From: Lytechinus pictus
Lineage: Eukaryota
Assembly (NCBI RefSeq): GCF_037042905.1
Contig: NC_087250.1
Span: 23,562,001 to 23,626,000 of the forward strand
Length of the DNA stretch: 64,000 nt
Direction of reading: 5' to 3'
Below the pieces are notes generated by a model. That model had not been told where the DNA came from, made no database searches, and was given only the letters and a program-made list of their open reading frames with translations. The position numbers and the translations under genes are program-made. Each line of letters begins with the position of its first letter. The stretch's first letter is position 1. Positions 26,240-38,478 of this stretch are shown here, in pieces.

Positions 26240-27514
26240 GTAATATTTGCCATGATCGCTACGATTTCTCCACGTTTTAGACCATAGTTTCAATCGTGGC
26301 GCGAGTCATTAGAGTGAGAACAAGATATAGCCCAATGGGTATTAACTTCCTCAACAAATATTTGAATAAAAAAGTACAATCCCAAGCAGGTCTTCAAAAT
26401 ATAGGGCTGAGTCGACCGTCCTAAAGAGAAGTTTCAAGAAGTGATAAAGGTGGAGATGAAGGGTTGGTGGGAGACGGAAGTTAAAGGACAAAATAATCAG
26501 ATAATGAATAAAAATGGAGTTGTTTATAGTCGTATGATTCTACAATCCCGTATTTTGTTTAGCTAAAGGCCACCGCTCACCTTATACGACTAGTCCACGA
26601 TCCGATTTTGGAACAAACCGCAATTTGCTCATTTTCTGAAAATGAAAATTATCTTTTTATTTGAGGTCGATATCAACTGAAAGAATAGAACTTGTATAAT
26701 AATTTTGGATGATTGCATGAAGCATTTATTTTGGAGTAAGGGTCAAATTAGTTTCAAATCGTAGCCAGTCATAATTATATTTGCTATGATGTCATTACCA
26801 CTATATATTGAACATGTATGACGATTTAGAACATTACACAGTAAGATATTCCATGTCTCGGTCAATATTACCATCAAATTCAACTACGCCCCCCCCCCCC
26901 CCCCCATCGGATCGCAAACCATTCGAAAGGTAATATCATCATCATCATTATTATCAAAATAAGCAGTAGTAATATTACATTATTATTCTTATAATTAGTT
27001 TAGCAATCCATCGATCTGTTACCATGGTTACAGTGTTACGTCGGCGAGCCAAGGAAATTGACGATCCTGAGTTCGGTCGTATTCCTGCTTTCCGATTTTT
27101 TTTCTTTCATTAGTACGACGGTCACTAATAACGGTTATATTATTTGCAGGTTGTCCAGCCTTTTGCAAATTCCGAGTGATATTTTTCTCATGATGATTTA
27201 CGACTTATCGTGACTTATCATTATCCCCCTTATTGCCTTTTTGTTTTGTTTTATTGCATTACGTAATGATAATTACGATATAGTCGATATTGTAACTAAT
27301 TAATCTATTATATTAATTAAATATTAATAAAAATAGGATGTCTTTTTAAGATGAAAATTTTCACCCAAATCAAATGTTATAACAAAAAATTGAATTTTTA
27401 TGTATATTTAATTGATTTCAACAATAAAGATATAGATTCATATCGTATTTTAGTCGAGATTAGAACTTGTAACTCTATTCTATTTTTATCAAAAAATATA
27501 AACTGCATTATTTC

Positions 27515-27594
27515 AGGTATTGGTTGACGTCTATAACGTTAGTCAAATAATTATTTTTTAGAGAGCCTGACGGAGTGGGTACTTCTCCAGGCTA
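27515..27594 (+). ncRNA. Putative Sm-class small RNA, copy 1 (5' end estimated)
   Basis: 11-bp 5' hairpin (27520-27546), U-tract ATTTTTTAG (27553-27561) and 3' hairpin AGCCTG...CAGGCT (27564-27593). Conserved upstream box at ~27455-27500. Confidence 0.5.
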
Positions 27595-27752
27595 GAATTC
27601 ATTGGGGTGTGGACCTTTGGGGTATACAAAGGGAAAATCATTTCACCCAATTATGATTCGTACAAAGGTGCTCAATATTTTCCGCCAGAACTCATTTGCC
27701 CTATTTAAGTAGAGCGCAGGTTCTTACATTTTTATTGGGCGTTACATTTTTA

Positions 27753-27934
27753 AACTGGGCGTTGTGGCATACGCCCATACGCCTGTAATCCAAGCTATGT
27801 GGGGAAGTTACAGATTGATGCAGAGGTTCGAGCCCTGGTCACGTCTTTCGGATGGTGACGTTAAAGGTCGGTCCCAGACGTAAATAATCAAATCTGATTG
27901 ATACACGTCTGACAAAACTCAAATACACACACAC
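27753..27934 (+). mobile_element. SINE with a 7SL/Alu-domain-like head and (CA)n tail
   Basis: Head CTGGGCGTTGTGGCATACGCC(CATACGCC)TGTAATCCAAGCTA, B-box GGTTCGAGCCC and a 10-bp TSD TACATTTTTA (27743-27752 and 27935-27944). Confidence 0.75.
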
Positions 27935-28423
27935 TACATTTTTATCGTTTCCCTTTGCATGTACTTTGCTGTTGGTACACCGTTAACGTGGGGATATCAT
28001 ACTTGACTGTTTAATTTTGTTGATGTTCTTCAGTCGAGGTTTTCTGTGATGTGTAATCATTCGGAAGATATTAATTTTACTTTATTCAGGGTATATGTTA
28101 TAAAAACAATCAAATTTAACAAAATGACAGTTATTCAACTCCTGTCTTACAAAGAGTTTTGATTTATCCAATCAATCTCAACGGTATGGAAATCCATCCA
28201 TACCATTTTTTTTCAGGAAATTTGAACAATCTCTTAAGTAAACAAAGAGAATCACACTGAATTCTCAAGAGAACAAGGAACATATGAATATACAACCTAT
28301 CTAGAGGATATCTCGAGAGCAAATTTATTTTCGATGTTGACGTTGCTGGCTTTCCATAGTTGTGGTTGATCGGATCATTGTATCTCTTTGTAAGACTAGG
28401 CGCAGAACCATGAGCCTAAACAG

Positions 28424-29012
28424 GGGGCCGTTTCATAAAGCTGTTCTCAAGATAAGAGCGACTTTAAGAACGACCGGTGAACCCTTCTTATGCGCTAAGC
28501 CATCGCATATGTATATACCATTTACCACAAGAAAAGATCACCAGTCGTTCTTAAGGCCACCGCACACCTTACGACTGGTCTGCGACCCGATTTCAGAATA
28601 AAATGTAATATAATTTGATGCTAATATTGAGGCTTGGAATATCTTACTGTGTAATGTTCGAAATCATCGTACGAATACCTATGATCAAATTTGTGACTAT
28701 GCTATCATCCTTCTTAGAATAAAAGCGAATTTAATATCTAGTCGTAATGACGTCATAGCAGTCTTACGATTGGCTACGATTTGAACCTAATTTGGACTTT
28801 ACTCCAAAATAAGGGCTTGCAATCTTTCAAAATTGTTATAATATTAGTATTTCAATTAATTTCAACGTCAAATAAAATGATATGTTCCATTCACATCTTC
28901 AGAAAATGAGCAAAATGCGATTTGTTCCTAAATCGGGTCGCAGACCAGTCGTAAGGTGTGCGGTCGCCTTAAAGTCGCTCTTAACTTACGAACAGCTTTA
29001 TGAAACACCCAC
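28424..29012. mobile_element. Harbinger-like MITE hosting a nested element
   Basis: TIR GGGGCCGTTTCATAAAGCTGTT...AACAGCTTTATGAAACACCCAC with CAG TSD. Confidence 0.8.
28555..28968. mobile_element. TTAA-flanked (Kolobok-like) MITE
   Basis: TIR GGCCACCGCACACCTTACGAC...GTCGTAAGGTGTGCGGTCGCC with TTAA on both sides. Other copies at 36737-37161 and, degenerate, at ~26565-26920. Confidence 0.88.
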
Positions 29013-29090
29013 CAGGTTCAAACGGAATTAGAAATATAACAAGAACATAAAACATTGATTGCAAAAGAAAGCTATCATAACTATTAAACT

Positions 29091-30345
29091 GGGTTACAGA
29101 AGGTTCGTTATTCCGAATGTTCTTTATTTGGAGCGTTGTGGCCCAGTGGATTAGTCTCCGGACTCTGAATCAGAGGTTCGTTGGTTGAAATCCCAGCCAT
29201 GGCGTAGTTTCCTTCAGCTAGAAATTCTATCCACATTGTGCTGCACTCAACCCAGGTGAGGTGAATGGGTACCTGGCAGGAATTTATTCCTTGAAATGCA
29301 CTGGGCGCTGGAAGGCTGCTTGAGCTACTGCAGCTGGGGTAATAATATCCAAGTTCTTTGGAAGCGCATAGAGATGTTATTCATAATGTGTTATGCGCTA
29401 TACAAGAAATTATTATTCTGAAGGTTTGTAATTCCGAAACACATAAATTGCCTATACCTCGAGGATCGTAAATCCGAAAAAAGGGTTCGATAATCCGAAC
29501 ATTTCTGGAGCTATTCCGAAGGTTCGTTAATTCGAGAACATAATAGGGTTCGTTATTCCGAAACCGAAATAAGGTTCGTTAGTGCGACAACGAAATAAGG
29601 TTCGTTATTCCGAAGGTTCGTTAATACGGAAATGAAATAGTTTGCGGCGAAGCCGGAAAAACAGGAAGGGCAAGCAAGGTGGAGGGGGAGGGGTAAAAAC
29701 ACCGTTACTGTTAATTATTATGAGGATGGGAAGGCAGGGGCGGAACGTATTTTTTATGGGGGGAAAGGAAAAAAGGGACTTATATGTCAAAAAAGGCATT
29801 TTTGTGCAATTGGATATTTTCACTGAGATTATCATCTGCGTGAAGTCGTTGTGTGTGGTTTCGGATCGTATTTTTTGTGTGTGGGGGTTTGCAAAGCCAA
29901 AGGCATTTTGGTGCAAACGGATGTTTTCACTCTGAGATTCTTCTTAAAGTCGTTGTGTGCTGTTTTGCCCCGCCTCCAGCCAAAAAGAGGGATTGACATC
30001 CCTGTTTGAGGTCTCAATCGCTCGTATTCTGCTCCAAACAATCCCCACCTCCCAAACAAAAATTCTCATTAAAAAAAATTAACAGCAAAAGTGTTTCTAC
30101 ACCCCCCCCCCCCTCCTCCACCACCATGCTTTCTCTACAGATTATTTCATTTCTCGGATTAACGAACCTTATTTCGATTTCGGACCAATGAACCTTCGGA
30201 TTAACGAACCCTATTTTATCTTCGAACAAACGAAGCTTCATAATAACAACCTACCTTATTTCTTTTTCGGACAAACGAACCTTCGGAATAACAAACCTTA
30301 TTTCGTTTTCGGAATAACGGACATTCAAAATAACGAACGTAACCC
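29091..30345. mobile_element. Palindromic element with subterminal GGTTCGTTATTCCGAA tandem repeats
   Basis: Ends GGGTTAC...GTAACCC with oppositely oriented repeat arrays at the two ends. Interrupted by a SINE and a central insert. Confidence 0.7.
29130..29417 (+). mobile_element. tRNA-derived SINE
   Basis: A-box TGGCCCAGTGG, B-box-like GGTTGAAATCC, body homologous to 25659-25958 and a TTA tail. Confidence 0.85.
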
Positions 30346-30542
30346 ATAGAATTAAATTTAAAACATATACACTCGTGTAAGGCAGAAAAGAGGGAGAGAG
30401 AAAAAGAAAATTGAGTTGAAAATTCTCCTTTATGGTGTAAATCATAGTGGTGATGCGCTTTCAAAGCAAATACCAAGTGAATAAAATATTTCGAATTTGA
30501 TATTATAACTTTTGCTGGTCCTTTCTAATGTAGAAAATTACC

Positions 30543-30950
30543 AATAATAATAATAATAATAATAGTAATAATGATGATGATGATGATGATGATGATAATA
30601 ATGATAGTAATAATGATTATGATAATAATAATGATAAAAATAATAATAATAGTAATAATGATGCTGATGATGATGATGATAATTATAATAATAATGATTA
30701 TAATAATAATAATAGCAATAACAATAATGATGATGATGATGATGATGATAATAATAATGATAATAATGATAATAATAATGATAAAAATAAAAATAATGAT
30801 GATGATGATGATAATGATAATAATGATTATAATAATGATATTAGCAATAATAATGATGATGATGATGATAATAATAATAATAATAATAATGATAATAATA
30901 ATAATAATGATAATAATAATAATGATAATAATATGGATAACATTAAAAAT
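30543..30950. repeat. (AAT/GAT)n microsatellite
   Basis: Simple repeat. Source of the poly-M/I ORF. Confidence 0.97.
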
Positions 30951-31289
30951 AATAACGGCATATTTACTCAGGTATCTACTTCAGTTCCGAAATCAATTCT
31001 TCCAACGGGTCCCGATATTAGTATTATCATTACCCCGGCTTGATGATGAAAGGATTTGCATATTTATAAGTTGATCAAAATGTCCGACAATTACACATCC
31101 CAGTCGATGTTTTAAGTCTGGCTATATTCTCTATAGATATATGACCAATTATATAGTAATGATAATGATGAAAATAATAATGATAATGATTGATAATAAT
31201 AATGATAATTATAATGATAATAATAATGATACATGTAGTAATAGTAATAATAACAAAAAAAATCAATGATGCGAATAATGACTGTAATA

Positions 31290-31675
31290 TTAACAACGGT
31301 CCCCGTACTTGGAACAATTTAACTAATAATTTAATGTCATGCACTACTATGTCATCTTTTAAGGTTGTATTGAAGATACAGCTTGTCTCTTTCTATTTCA
31401 CTTAATTCTTTATTATTACTCATTTAACTACCGATGTATCATGTGTGTTATGGCGTGGGTGTGCAAGGGGTTGTATGTGTGTGCATATGTGTATTATATT
31501 GTAACATGTACAACCAAGTATCTTTTTTCTATTTTGGGGGACTATGTCTAACAAGTTTTTTTTTACTTTCATAATAGTCTCCAACTTCATCATCATATTA
31601 TATCTTGAATGTTTCATGTTACTCTGTATATATATTTTATGATTGAAATGAATTAAATTGAATTGAAATTGAAAT
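31290..31675 (+). mobile_element. 3' remnant of a CR1/L2 LINE
   Basis: Encodes GPRTWNNL...SSFK (ORF2 C-terminus, compare GPRIWNSL at 46 kb) and ends in a (TTGAA)n tail. Confidence 0.7.
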
Positions 31676-32189
31676 CAGTAATAATGATGATAATAATAAT
31701 ATTAATATTAGTAATAGAAATAAAACTACATAATCATACAAATTGTTTTATAAATATCAGACAGTCATACTTCGGTGCTTATACATAGAGGAAAATATTT
31801 TCATTCATTGAAAGGTAGCAAAATACAAGTTATTGAACATGTATCAATATTATTATTTTCAGTGATTTGTTTTATTATATTTTCTGTTCTCAATTATTAT
31901 ATGACTGTAACCGGTATTGCAATTTACTAATCGATTATTGAATTAGTAAAATTTTTATACTGGCTACGTGCGGAGTGCATTATGATGAGATGTCTAAATA
32001 TGATTTTTGTTGATAAAATAATATGATCATACATGTTTTGCATTTTATAAAAAGAAAATTATACTGATTGATACATGAACATGAAAATGAATACGATTTA
32101 GTTCTTAAAATCAATCTTTTTACTTCGAGATTAAGAATATTAACTTTACGTATTAAATTATATATTAATCAAAATGGTTTCATTAAGCT

Positions 32190-32274
32190 CCTATTTGCAT
32201 AAAGCATATTGTACAATAGCTGTATAATGTTCTTTTTGAAGAGCTTAGAGTACTACGCCGTGTATCTCGAGCTT
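32190..32274 (+). ncRNA. Putative Sm-class small RNA, copy 2
   Basis: 5' hairpin ATATTGTACA/TGTATAATGT (32206-32230), CTTTTTGA and an imperfect 3' hairpin at 32242-32273. Upstream TAATCGATTA at 31928 and proximal box at ~32125-32165. Confidence 0.5.
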
Positions 32275-32278
32275 TTAA

Positions 32279-32879
32279 AGGTCAAATCCACCCCGGGGTA
32301 ACGTGTATTTTAATCAATAGAGAAAAAACAAACTAGCAAAACGCTGAAAATTTCATCAAAATCTGATGTAAAATAAGAAAGTTATGACATTTTAAAATTT
32401 CGCTTATTCTTCAAAAGAGTGATACGCACAACTCAGTGACATGCAAATGAGACAGTCGATGATGTCTATCACTCACTATTTCTTTTGTTTTTTATTGTTT
32501 GAATTATACAATATATAAATTTTTACAGATTTGACAATAAGGACCAACTTGACTGAACCATATAGTATTAAACAATGCTGATTCCATATGTTCAGGGAGG
32601 AATTAATTGTTGTTTCACGTGATATTGAAGAGAAAATAAGAATATTTCATATTTCATTTAATAAAATACAAAAGAAATAGTGAGTGAATGATGTCATCAG
32701 TCTCCTCATTTGCATAACGACCAGGATGTGCATATAACTGTTTTGTGAAATTAAGCAAAACTTTAAAATGTCATAACTTTCTTATTTTATATCCGATTTT
32801 GATGAAATTTTCAGTGTCATGCTTGTTGGATTTCTCTCTCTTTATTCAAGTCGACTTTTTGTTGGGATGGACTTGTCCT
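32279..32879. mobile_element. TTAA-flanked (Kolobok-like) palindromic MITE
   Basis: TTAA|AGGTCAAATCCACCCC...GGATGGACTTGTCCT|TTAA with long imperfect inverted arms. Confidence 0.88.
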
Positions 32880-33059
32880 TTAATGCTAACAAAGATGCTA
32901 CTAAGGACATAATAGCACTAGTATAAATGAGAACAACTACCAAATTATTAAAGACGATATAGTCGAGAGTGATATCTCTCTACAGGAAAAATACTTTTTA
33001 TCATATCAACTCTGTAACATATTGCGGTATAAATGAAGGCAATTATGGGTACTGAATTC

Positions 33060-33245
33060 TAGCTACCCCAAATAGCGATTTCGCCGAGATCCGGGAAAAA
33101 TCACTGTAACGCGCATTGCATTATGGGATAGCTTTTCGGTATTACAACTTCCTGTTCGGAAGCCGCGCGCCGTCGCGTGGCGCTGGGCATGCATATGCAT
33201 ATATCATCTGCTCGAATTCGCTACACTCTTCTGCCGTCGCAAAGA
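33060..33245. promoter_or_regulatory. CpG-rich promoter-like island with ZNF143/Staf-like and ETS motifs
   Basis: Minus strand reads ATCCCATAATGCAATGCGCG (33110-33130). ACTTCCTG, CGGAAG and GCATGCATATGC are also present. CpG-dense within AT-rich DNA. Confidence 0.5.
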
Positions 33246-33882
33246 TTTTAATGTTTATTTGAACATTTCGTTGATTATTTATTAGTATTATTACGTCTAT
33301 TCAACTGAGTTTTTATTACAAGACTGTTGAGAATGATGCATTTGGGTCGGGAACCTGGTCAGATATGAGTAGTTGTGGACTTTGGGTGGCTCCTGGTTCG
33401 TATTTTGCTTTAAAGGATTGTTTATAAAATCAAGGATATAGCAAACGCTATAGTAGTCCCGTGTAGTAAAATGGAAGTAAACATGAATAAGAAGACTAAT
33501 ATACAAGTAAGAATGCGGAAAGGAAATGGACTGATTTTTTTTTTATTTAAATCGCACTTCTATTACTAAAGAAAACTAAGTAATCCTGCCCCATCCCCTA
33601 GTCTGCAAGCGCAGACTTAAAATTGACACTTTGAAACCATATCAGGTCTAGAGTGAAGACTAGTTTCTAAACTCTCTCTCTTTTTAAAATTTCGTAGAAG
33701 CAGTCACAATGCATGAGTGAATCTAGTCTCACTACTTCAGACTCTGCATTGTACACCATGTGAAAACCAAAGGTCTGTACCTCCAGACTAACCCATCCTA
33801 GATGCTGATGATGAAAGAATGCCCCCCTTGATAAATGTCGTAGATGCTGTGGAAGGGTTCCGAACACCGGTCTTACAAGGTA

Positions 33883-34138
33883 GGGTCGTGTGGTCCAGTG
33901 GTTATCGCACTGGACTCATAATCGCAAGGTTGTGAGTTCGAATCCCCACTCTGCCACTGTCTGCACATAGATAAAAAGGCCCAAGAGTAATATCTGTCGT
34001 CTATAAGGTCAGCCACTGTGACTGATTAACCTAGACGTAAAATGTTTCATAGGTAATTGGTTATATACCAGCTTGGCGTTTACCAGCAAACATGCTGTCC
34101 TGCCGAGTTCTTACGGGAGTTACCATAAACAGAAACAA
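33883..34138 (+). mobile_element. tRNA-derived SINE (same family as 24873)
   Basis: tRNA-like head with A and B boxes, shared body and a possible ACAAGG TSD. Confidence 0.82.
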
Positions 34139-34421
34139 GGCACCTGAGGTTATTCTGCCACGACACACCTATCGATTACATTTAAACCGCCGTAAAATAT
34201 AATCGATATTCATATTTGATAATATTGACTTTTAAAAAAATTTAGAGTCGCGTATGCATTATCATCAACTATCTTTCTCTCATTTTCTTTTCTTGAAAAA
34301 ATAAACACATTAATGTACAAAAATTAGTATATATAAATATAAAATGTTAATCAATATGACTTTTCTTTCAAAATGTATGTCTACAGAAGATTAGAAAAGT
34401 AACTTCATTTGTGATTGTTAA

Positions 34422-35007
34422 AGGAGAATGAAACTCTTGGAGCAAGTTAGCTTTTGTGAAAGCAGAAAAATCAAAGAATAAGATCAACAAAAGTTTGAGT
34501 AAAATAGGACTAGCAATAGAAGAGTTATGAGCATTTGAATGTCGAGATCACTAATGCTATGGAGATCCTCCAATTGGCAATGCGACCAAGATCTATGATG
34601 TCACAGATGAACAACTCTCCCCTTTTGGACACTGAAAATATACCCCAAAACATCTCTTTTTGCTCATTCTAATCATATGACAAACGATTCATCAATGATA
34701 TAATGTTGTGAAACCTCTGTACTTGTCCTCTCATATAAAGAGAACACCTCACCTTGTGATAGACTCTATAAAAGTGAGAATATAAGTGAAATAAGTACTA
34801 AAGTAATGAGGGAGTTGTACGTGTGTGACATCACAGATCTTGGTCGCAATGCCAATGGGAAGATCTACATGGCATTAGTGATCTCAATATTCAAATGCTC
34901 ATAACTTTCTTATTATTCATTCAATCTTCCTCAAACTTTCAACAATATGTTTCTTTGATTTTTCTCTTTGATATGGATTCAGCTGGTTTCAAGGGCTTCA
35001 ATCTCCT
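34422..35007. mobile_element. TTAA-flanked (Kolobok-like) MITE inserted inside Sm-RNA unit 3
   Basis: TTAA|AGGAGAATGAA...TTCAATCTCCT|TTAA with inverted arms (TGTCACAGAT/AGATCTTGGTCGCA motifs). Confidence 0.85.
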
Positions 35008-35024
35008 TTAAGAAATATCTTATA

Positions 35025-35120
35025 ACTTTTTCCTCGACATGTTGTGCTGATGAGTGTCTGAAAAAACAAAATAATTAATTTGTGCAGAGCTTGAAATACA
35101 GCGCCTTGTATATCGAGCTT
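35025..35120 (+). ncRNA. Putative Sm-class small RNA, copy 3 (separated from its upstream box by a MITE)
   Basis: AATTTGTG U-tract followed by hairpin AGCTTGAAATACA-GCGCCT-TGTATATCGAGCT (35088-35119). Confidence 0.45.
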
Positions 35121-35560
35121 GTGATTACTATCATATTGGGTTTATGAGCTGTGGGGGAGCCGAATGACCTGGTTGATACACGTCTTACACAGCGGCGAAA
35201 CAGGGGTCAGTGGCCAGGGGGGGCAAGAGCCAAAAATTTCCCGGTCATATCATGGTATAACCAGGCGTAATGGTGTAATAAGGCGACGATTTTGAGAGGG
35301 TCAGAAATTGCGTATTGGGCAGAATCCATCTTTAAAAAAAAGGAGCGAAGCAAGCGAGCAAAATTTTTTGACATTTTAATACAAAAATATAATTTTGTGA
35401 TAGATTTTGATCCAGAGAATAATATATTTCAATCTTCTCTCTTTCCATTCCTTTTTTGTGGTCAGGATTTTGTGAACAGGATTCTTTGCGGCAGTAGCTG
35501 GAAGAGTACAAAAAAAAACGAGGGGCGCAGTATGGCGCATGTGCTAAAAAGCTGCTTTAA

Positions 35561-36732
35561 GCCCCTTTCACAATTGACGTACGACCTGTTTACGACCACC
35601 TGCAACAGTTTTTTCTTGTTGTTGCACGATCGATCTCTTGGTGTCTTGCGAGCACTCGCAGTGGTTGTAGACGAACGCACGAATTTGAGGTGGTCGGAGG
35701 TGGTCGTGACTGGTCGCATCTGAATTTGAACATGTTCAAAATCCAAACGCGATCAAATACGATTGATTTACTCGCATCAGGTCGTACCATCGGTCGGGCG
35801 ATCATCGTGTGAGTGTTGTTCAACGTTGTACGACTTGGTGCGAGAGGTGACACAACTACGTATAGTCGCATTTAGTCGACTGGAGGTCGTACAACACTTG
35901 CACATGCGCTAGATACCTACAGAGACCAGTCTTGCGACTGGTTGCGATAATATAAGACTGTTGCAAGACCGATCGAAATTACGGCTTACAACATTCCACT
36001 ACCGTTGCATTCGCATGTATGCGACCGTACAGCCCCTTTCACAATTGACATCCGACCAGTTTACGACCGCCTGCAACAGTTTTTTCCTGCTGTTGTACGA
36101 TCGATCTCTTGGTGACTTGCGAGCACTCGCAGTCGTTGTAGGCGGTCGCACGAACTCGAGGTGGTCGTGACTGGTCACATCTGAACTTTGAACATGTTCA
36201 AAATCCGAACGCGATCAAATACGACCGATTCACTCGCATCAGCTCGTATCCGGGGTCGTACCATCGGTCGGGCGATCATCGTGGGAGTGTTGTTCAACGT
36301 TGCACGACTTGGTGCGAGAGGTGGCACAACTAAGTAGTCGCATTTACTCGACTGGAGGTCGTACAACACTTGCACATGTGCTAGCGACCTACATGTACAG
36401 AGACCTGTCTTGCGACTGGGTGCGATAATATGATGGCCATAAGACTGTTGCAAGACCGATCGCAACGGCTTACAACATTGCACTACCGTTGTGTGCGACC
36501 GTTCCCCTCGCAATCCCTCGTGCAACACTCGCATGTGATCGCACGAGCACACTAGGATCATAAGCGACTTACTCGTGCAACGGGTTTTACTGGTTGTTTT
36601 TGTTGTACGACAGCTGTTGCAACTGTGAAAGCCTCTGTGCGATATTATGAGATGACTGGCGATTGATGCCTGTTGCAGCCTGTCGCACGACCAAAAGGTC
36701 GCAAGTGGTCGTACGTCAATTGTGAAAGGGGC
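35561..36732. mobile_element. TTAA-flanked MITE with an internal ~470-bp tandem duplication
   Basis: TIR GCCCCTTTCACAATTGACGTACGACC...GGTCGTACGTCAATTGTGAAAGGGGC with TTAA on both sides. 35561-36030 is repeated from 36032. Confidence 0.88.
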
Positions 36733-36736
36733 TTAA

Positions 36737-37161
36737 GGCCACCGCACACCTTACGACTGTTCGCGATCCGATTTTGGGACAAATCGCACTTTGCTCATTT
36801 TCTGAAAATGTGAATGGAACATATCATTTCATTTGAGGTTTAAATTAATAGAAAGAATACTAATATAACCATTTTGAAAGATTGCAAACCTTTATTTTGG
36901 AGTAAAGGCCAAATTAGTTTCAAATCGTAGCCAATCGTACGACTGCTATGACGTCATTACGACTAGATATTAAATTAGCTTTTATTCTAAGAAGAAAGCT
37001 AAGAAGGATGATAGCATAGTCACAGATTTGAACATAGGTATTCGTACGATGATTTCGAACATTACACAGTAAGATATTCCAAGTCTCAATATTAGCATCA
37101 AATTCTACAACATTTTATTCTGAAATCGGGTCGCAGGCCAGTCGTAAGGTGTGCGGTCGCC
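36737..37161. mobile_element. TTAA-flanked MITE (same family as 28555-28968)
   Basis: Same TIRs. Shares the TTAA at 36733-36736 with the preceding element. Confidence 0.88.
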
Positions 37162-38478
37162 TTAACGAGCGAGCGAAGCGTGTGAGAAAAAAAATCACCT
37201 TTTCATGAGAATCTAACTTTGAGATATTCTTTGACATAATATTCAGTAAATAAATCATATCCTACACTTTTCCTTTGTTTTTCGTTCCTCCTTTTTTTAA
37301 TTGGTTGTTGAACTTTTGGGGCCATGGTCCAACCTTTCCATACTTATATACGGCAGTGCTATGCGGTCGGGGTCCGGGGCGGAGCCCCCGGAACTTCTTG
37401 ATATCAAGGCCATTTAAACCTCGCCGATTGCCGCTATTTCTAATCAAATCGAAGGTATATACAGAATATAGCTTTTACACAACACATTTATTCAACCCAG
37501 TTGCGTAATGAACCAAATATTTTGAGGGGGCAAAACACAGCAATGTGGGAAAATTTGTAAAAAGTCCCCAGCGAACAAAGCGAGATGGAAATAAAAAAAA
37601 TGCCTATTGATATTAAATTATAATTATGTGATAGATTTTTCCATTATATTCAACCAATAACACATTTCATTTTTTCCATTCATTTCGTAATACGTTGTCT
37701 CCTATAATTTCTTTTTATTTCCTCTTGGGTGTGGAACCAAAACCCCCCCCGCGCCTGTACGCCAGTGATTGAAAGAAGGGTCCCTACAGGGGGCGTTATA
37801 GATCCATTTAAAGGTTATAGATGAAGAGCCCTTACTGCGTGGGGTCTGGGGCAAAGCCCCGGTAGCTTATTTGCATATTTAGCAAGCTTATAGCACATCT
37901 TTCTCCCCGCTCTTTATTTTTAATCCTCGGCGGCCCGGTCGTGTTATTAATTTTTTTTTCTGTCCCTTTTCTTGGTTTTTCAATTTGGCTTTTGACTAAG
38001 GCATTCTACCTTCGTTTCCCGCTATTGTTTGCCATTCTGTCATCTTTTAATTTATTTCCCATCATGTTATTGCACTACATAGGCCTATTTCGGAATGATT
38101 TGTTCTTTCTCAAATGTTCTTTTTTAGTTCCCTTTCCCGCTTTCCTTCCTTTTCCGTTAAAAAAATTCTTCGTTTTCTTTTCGCTTTTCCCTTTCCCTTT
38201 CCTCCTTTCCTTTTCCCTTTCCTTCCCCTTTCCCTTTCTTTCTCCCTCCCTTTTTTCCTTTCCCCGTTTTTTTTTATTTTCCCGGTGAAATCCACCCCGC
38301 CTGTTACGCCACTGGACTCTTACACAGGGTTCAATTACTCACACACCCTCTCACACATCCTCATACACGCATACGAATAATGCACAAAGCAATCATTACA
38401 TTATTATTATTATCATGAATGAATGAATTATTACTATTTTCATCATTGCACCTGTTTTTTAGATTCGGATATTTAATG

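Noticed and set aside
30571..31074. 167-aa Met/Ile-rich ORF (also 62773-63223)
   Set aside because: Translation of ATG/ATA/GAT microsatellites.
35026..35066. Hammerhead ribozyme core (CTGATGA...GAAA with upstream TTC)
   Set aside because: Stem II would be at most one G-U pair, stems I and III are weak, and the motif is absent from the other eight units.
35292..36561. Several 90-140 aa ORFs that might suggest a transposase
   Set aside because: They lie in a GC-richer MITE with an internal duplication and show no DDE or other recognisable motifs.
37941..38380. Phe/Pro/Ser-rich and Lys/Gly/Arg-rich ORFs
   Set aside because: Translation of a polypyrimidine low-complexity tract.
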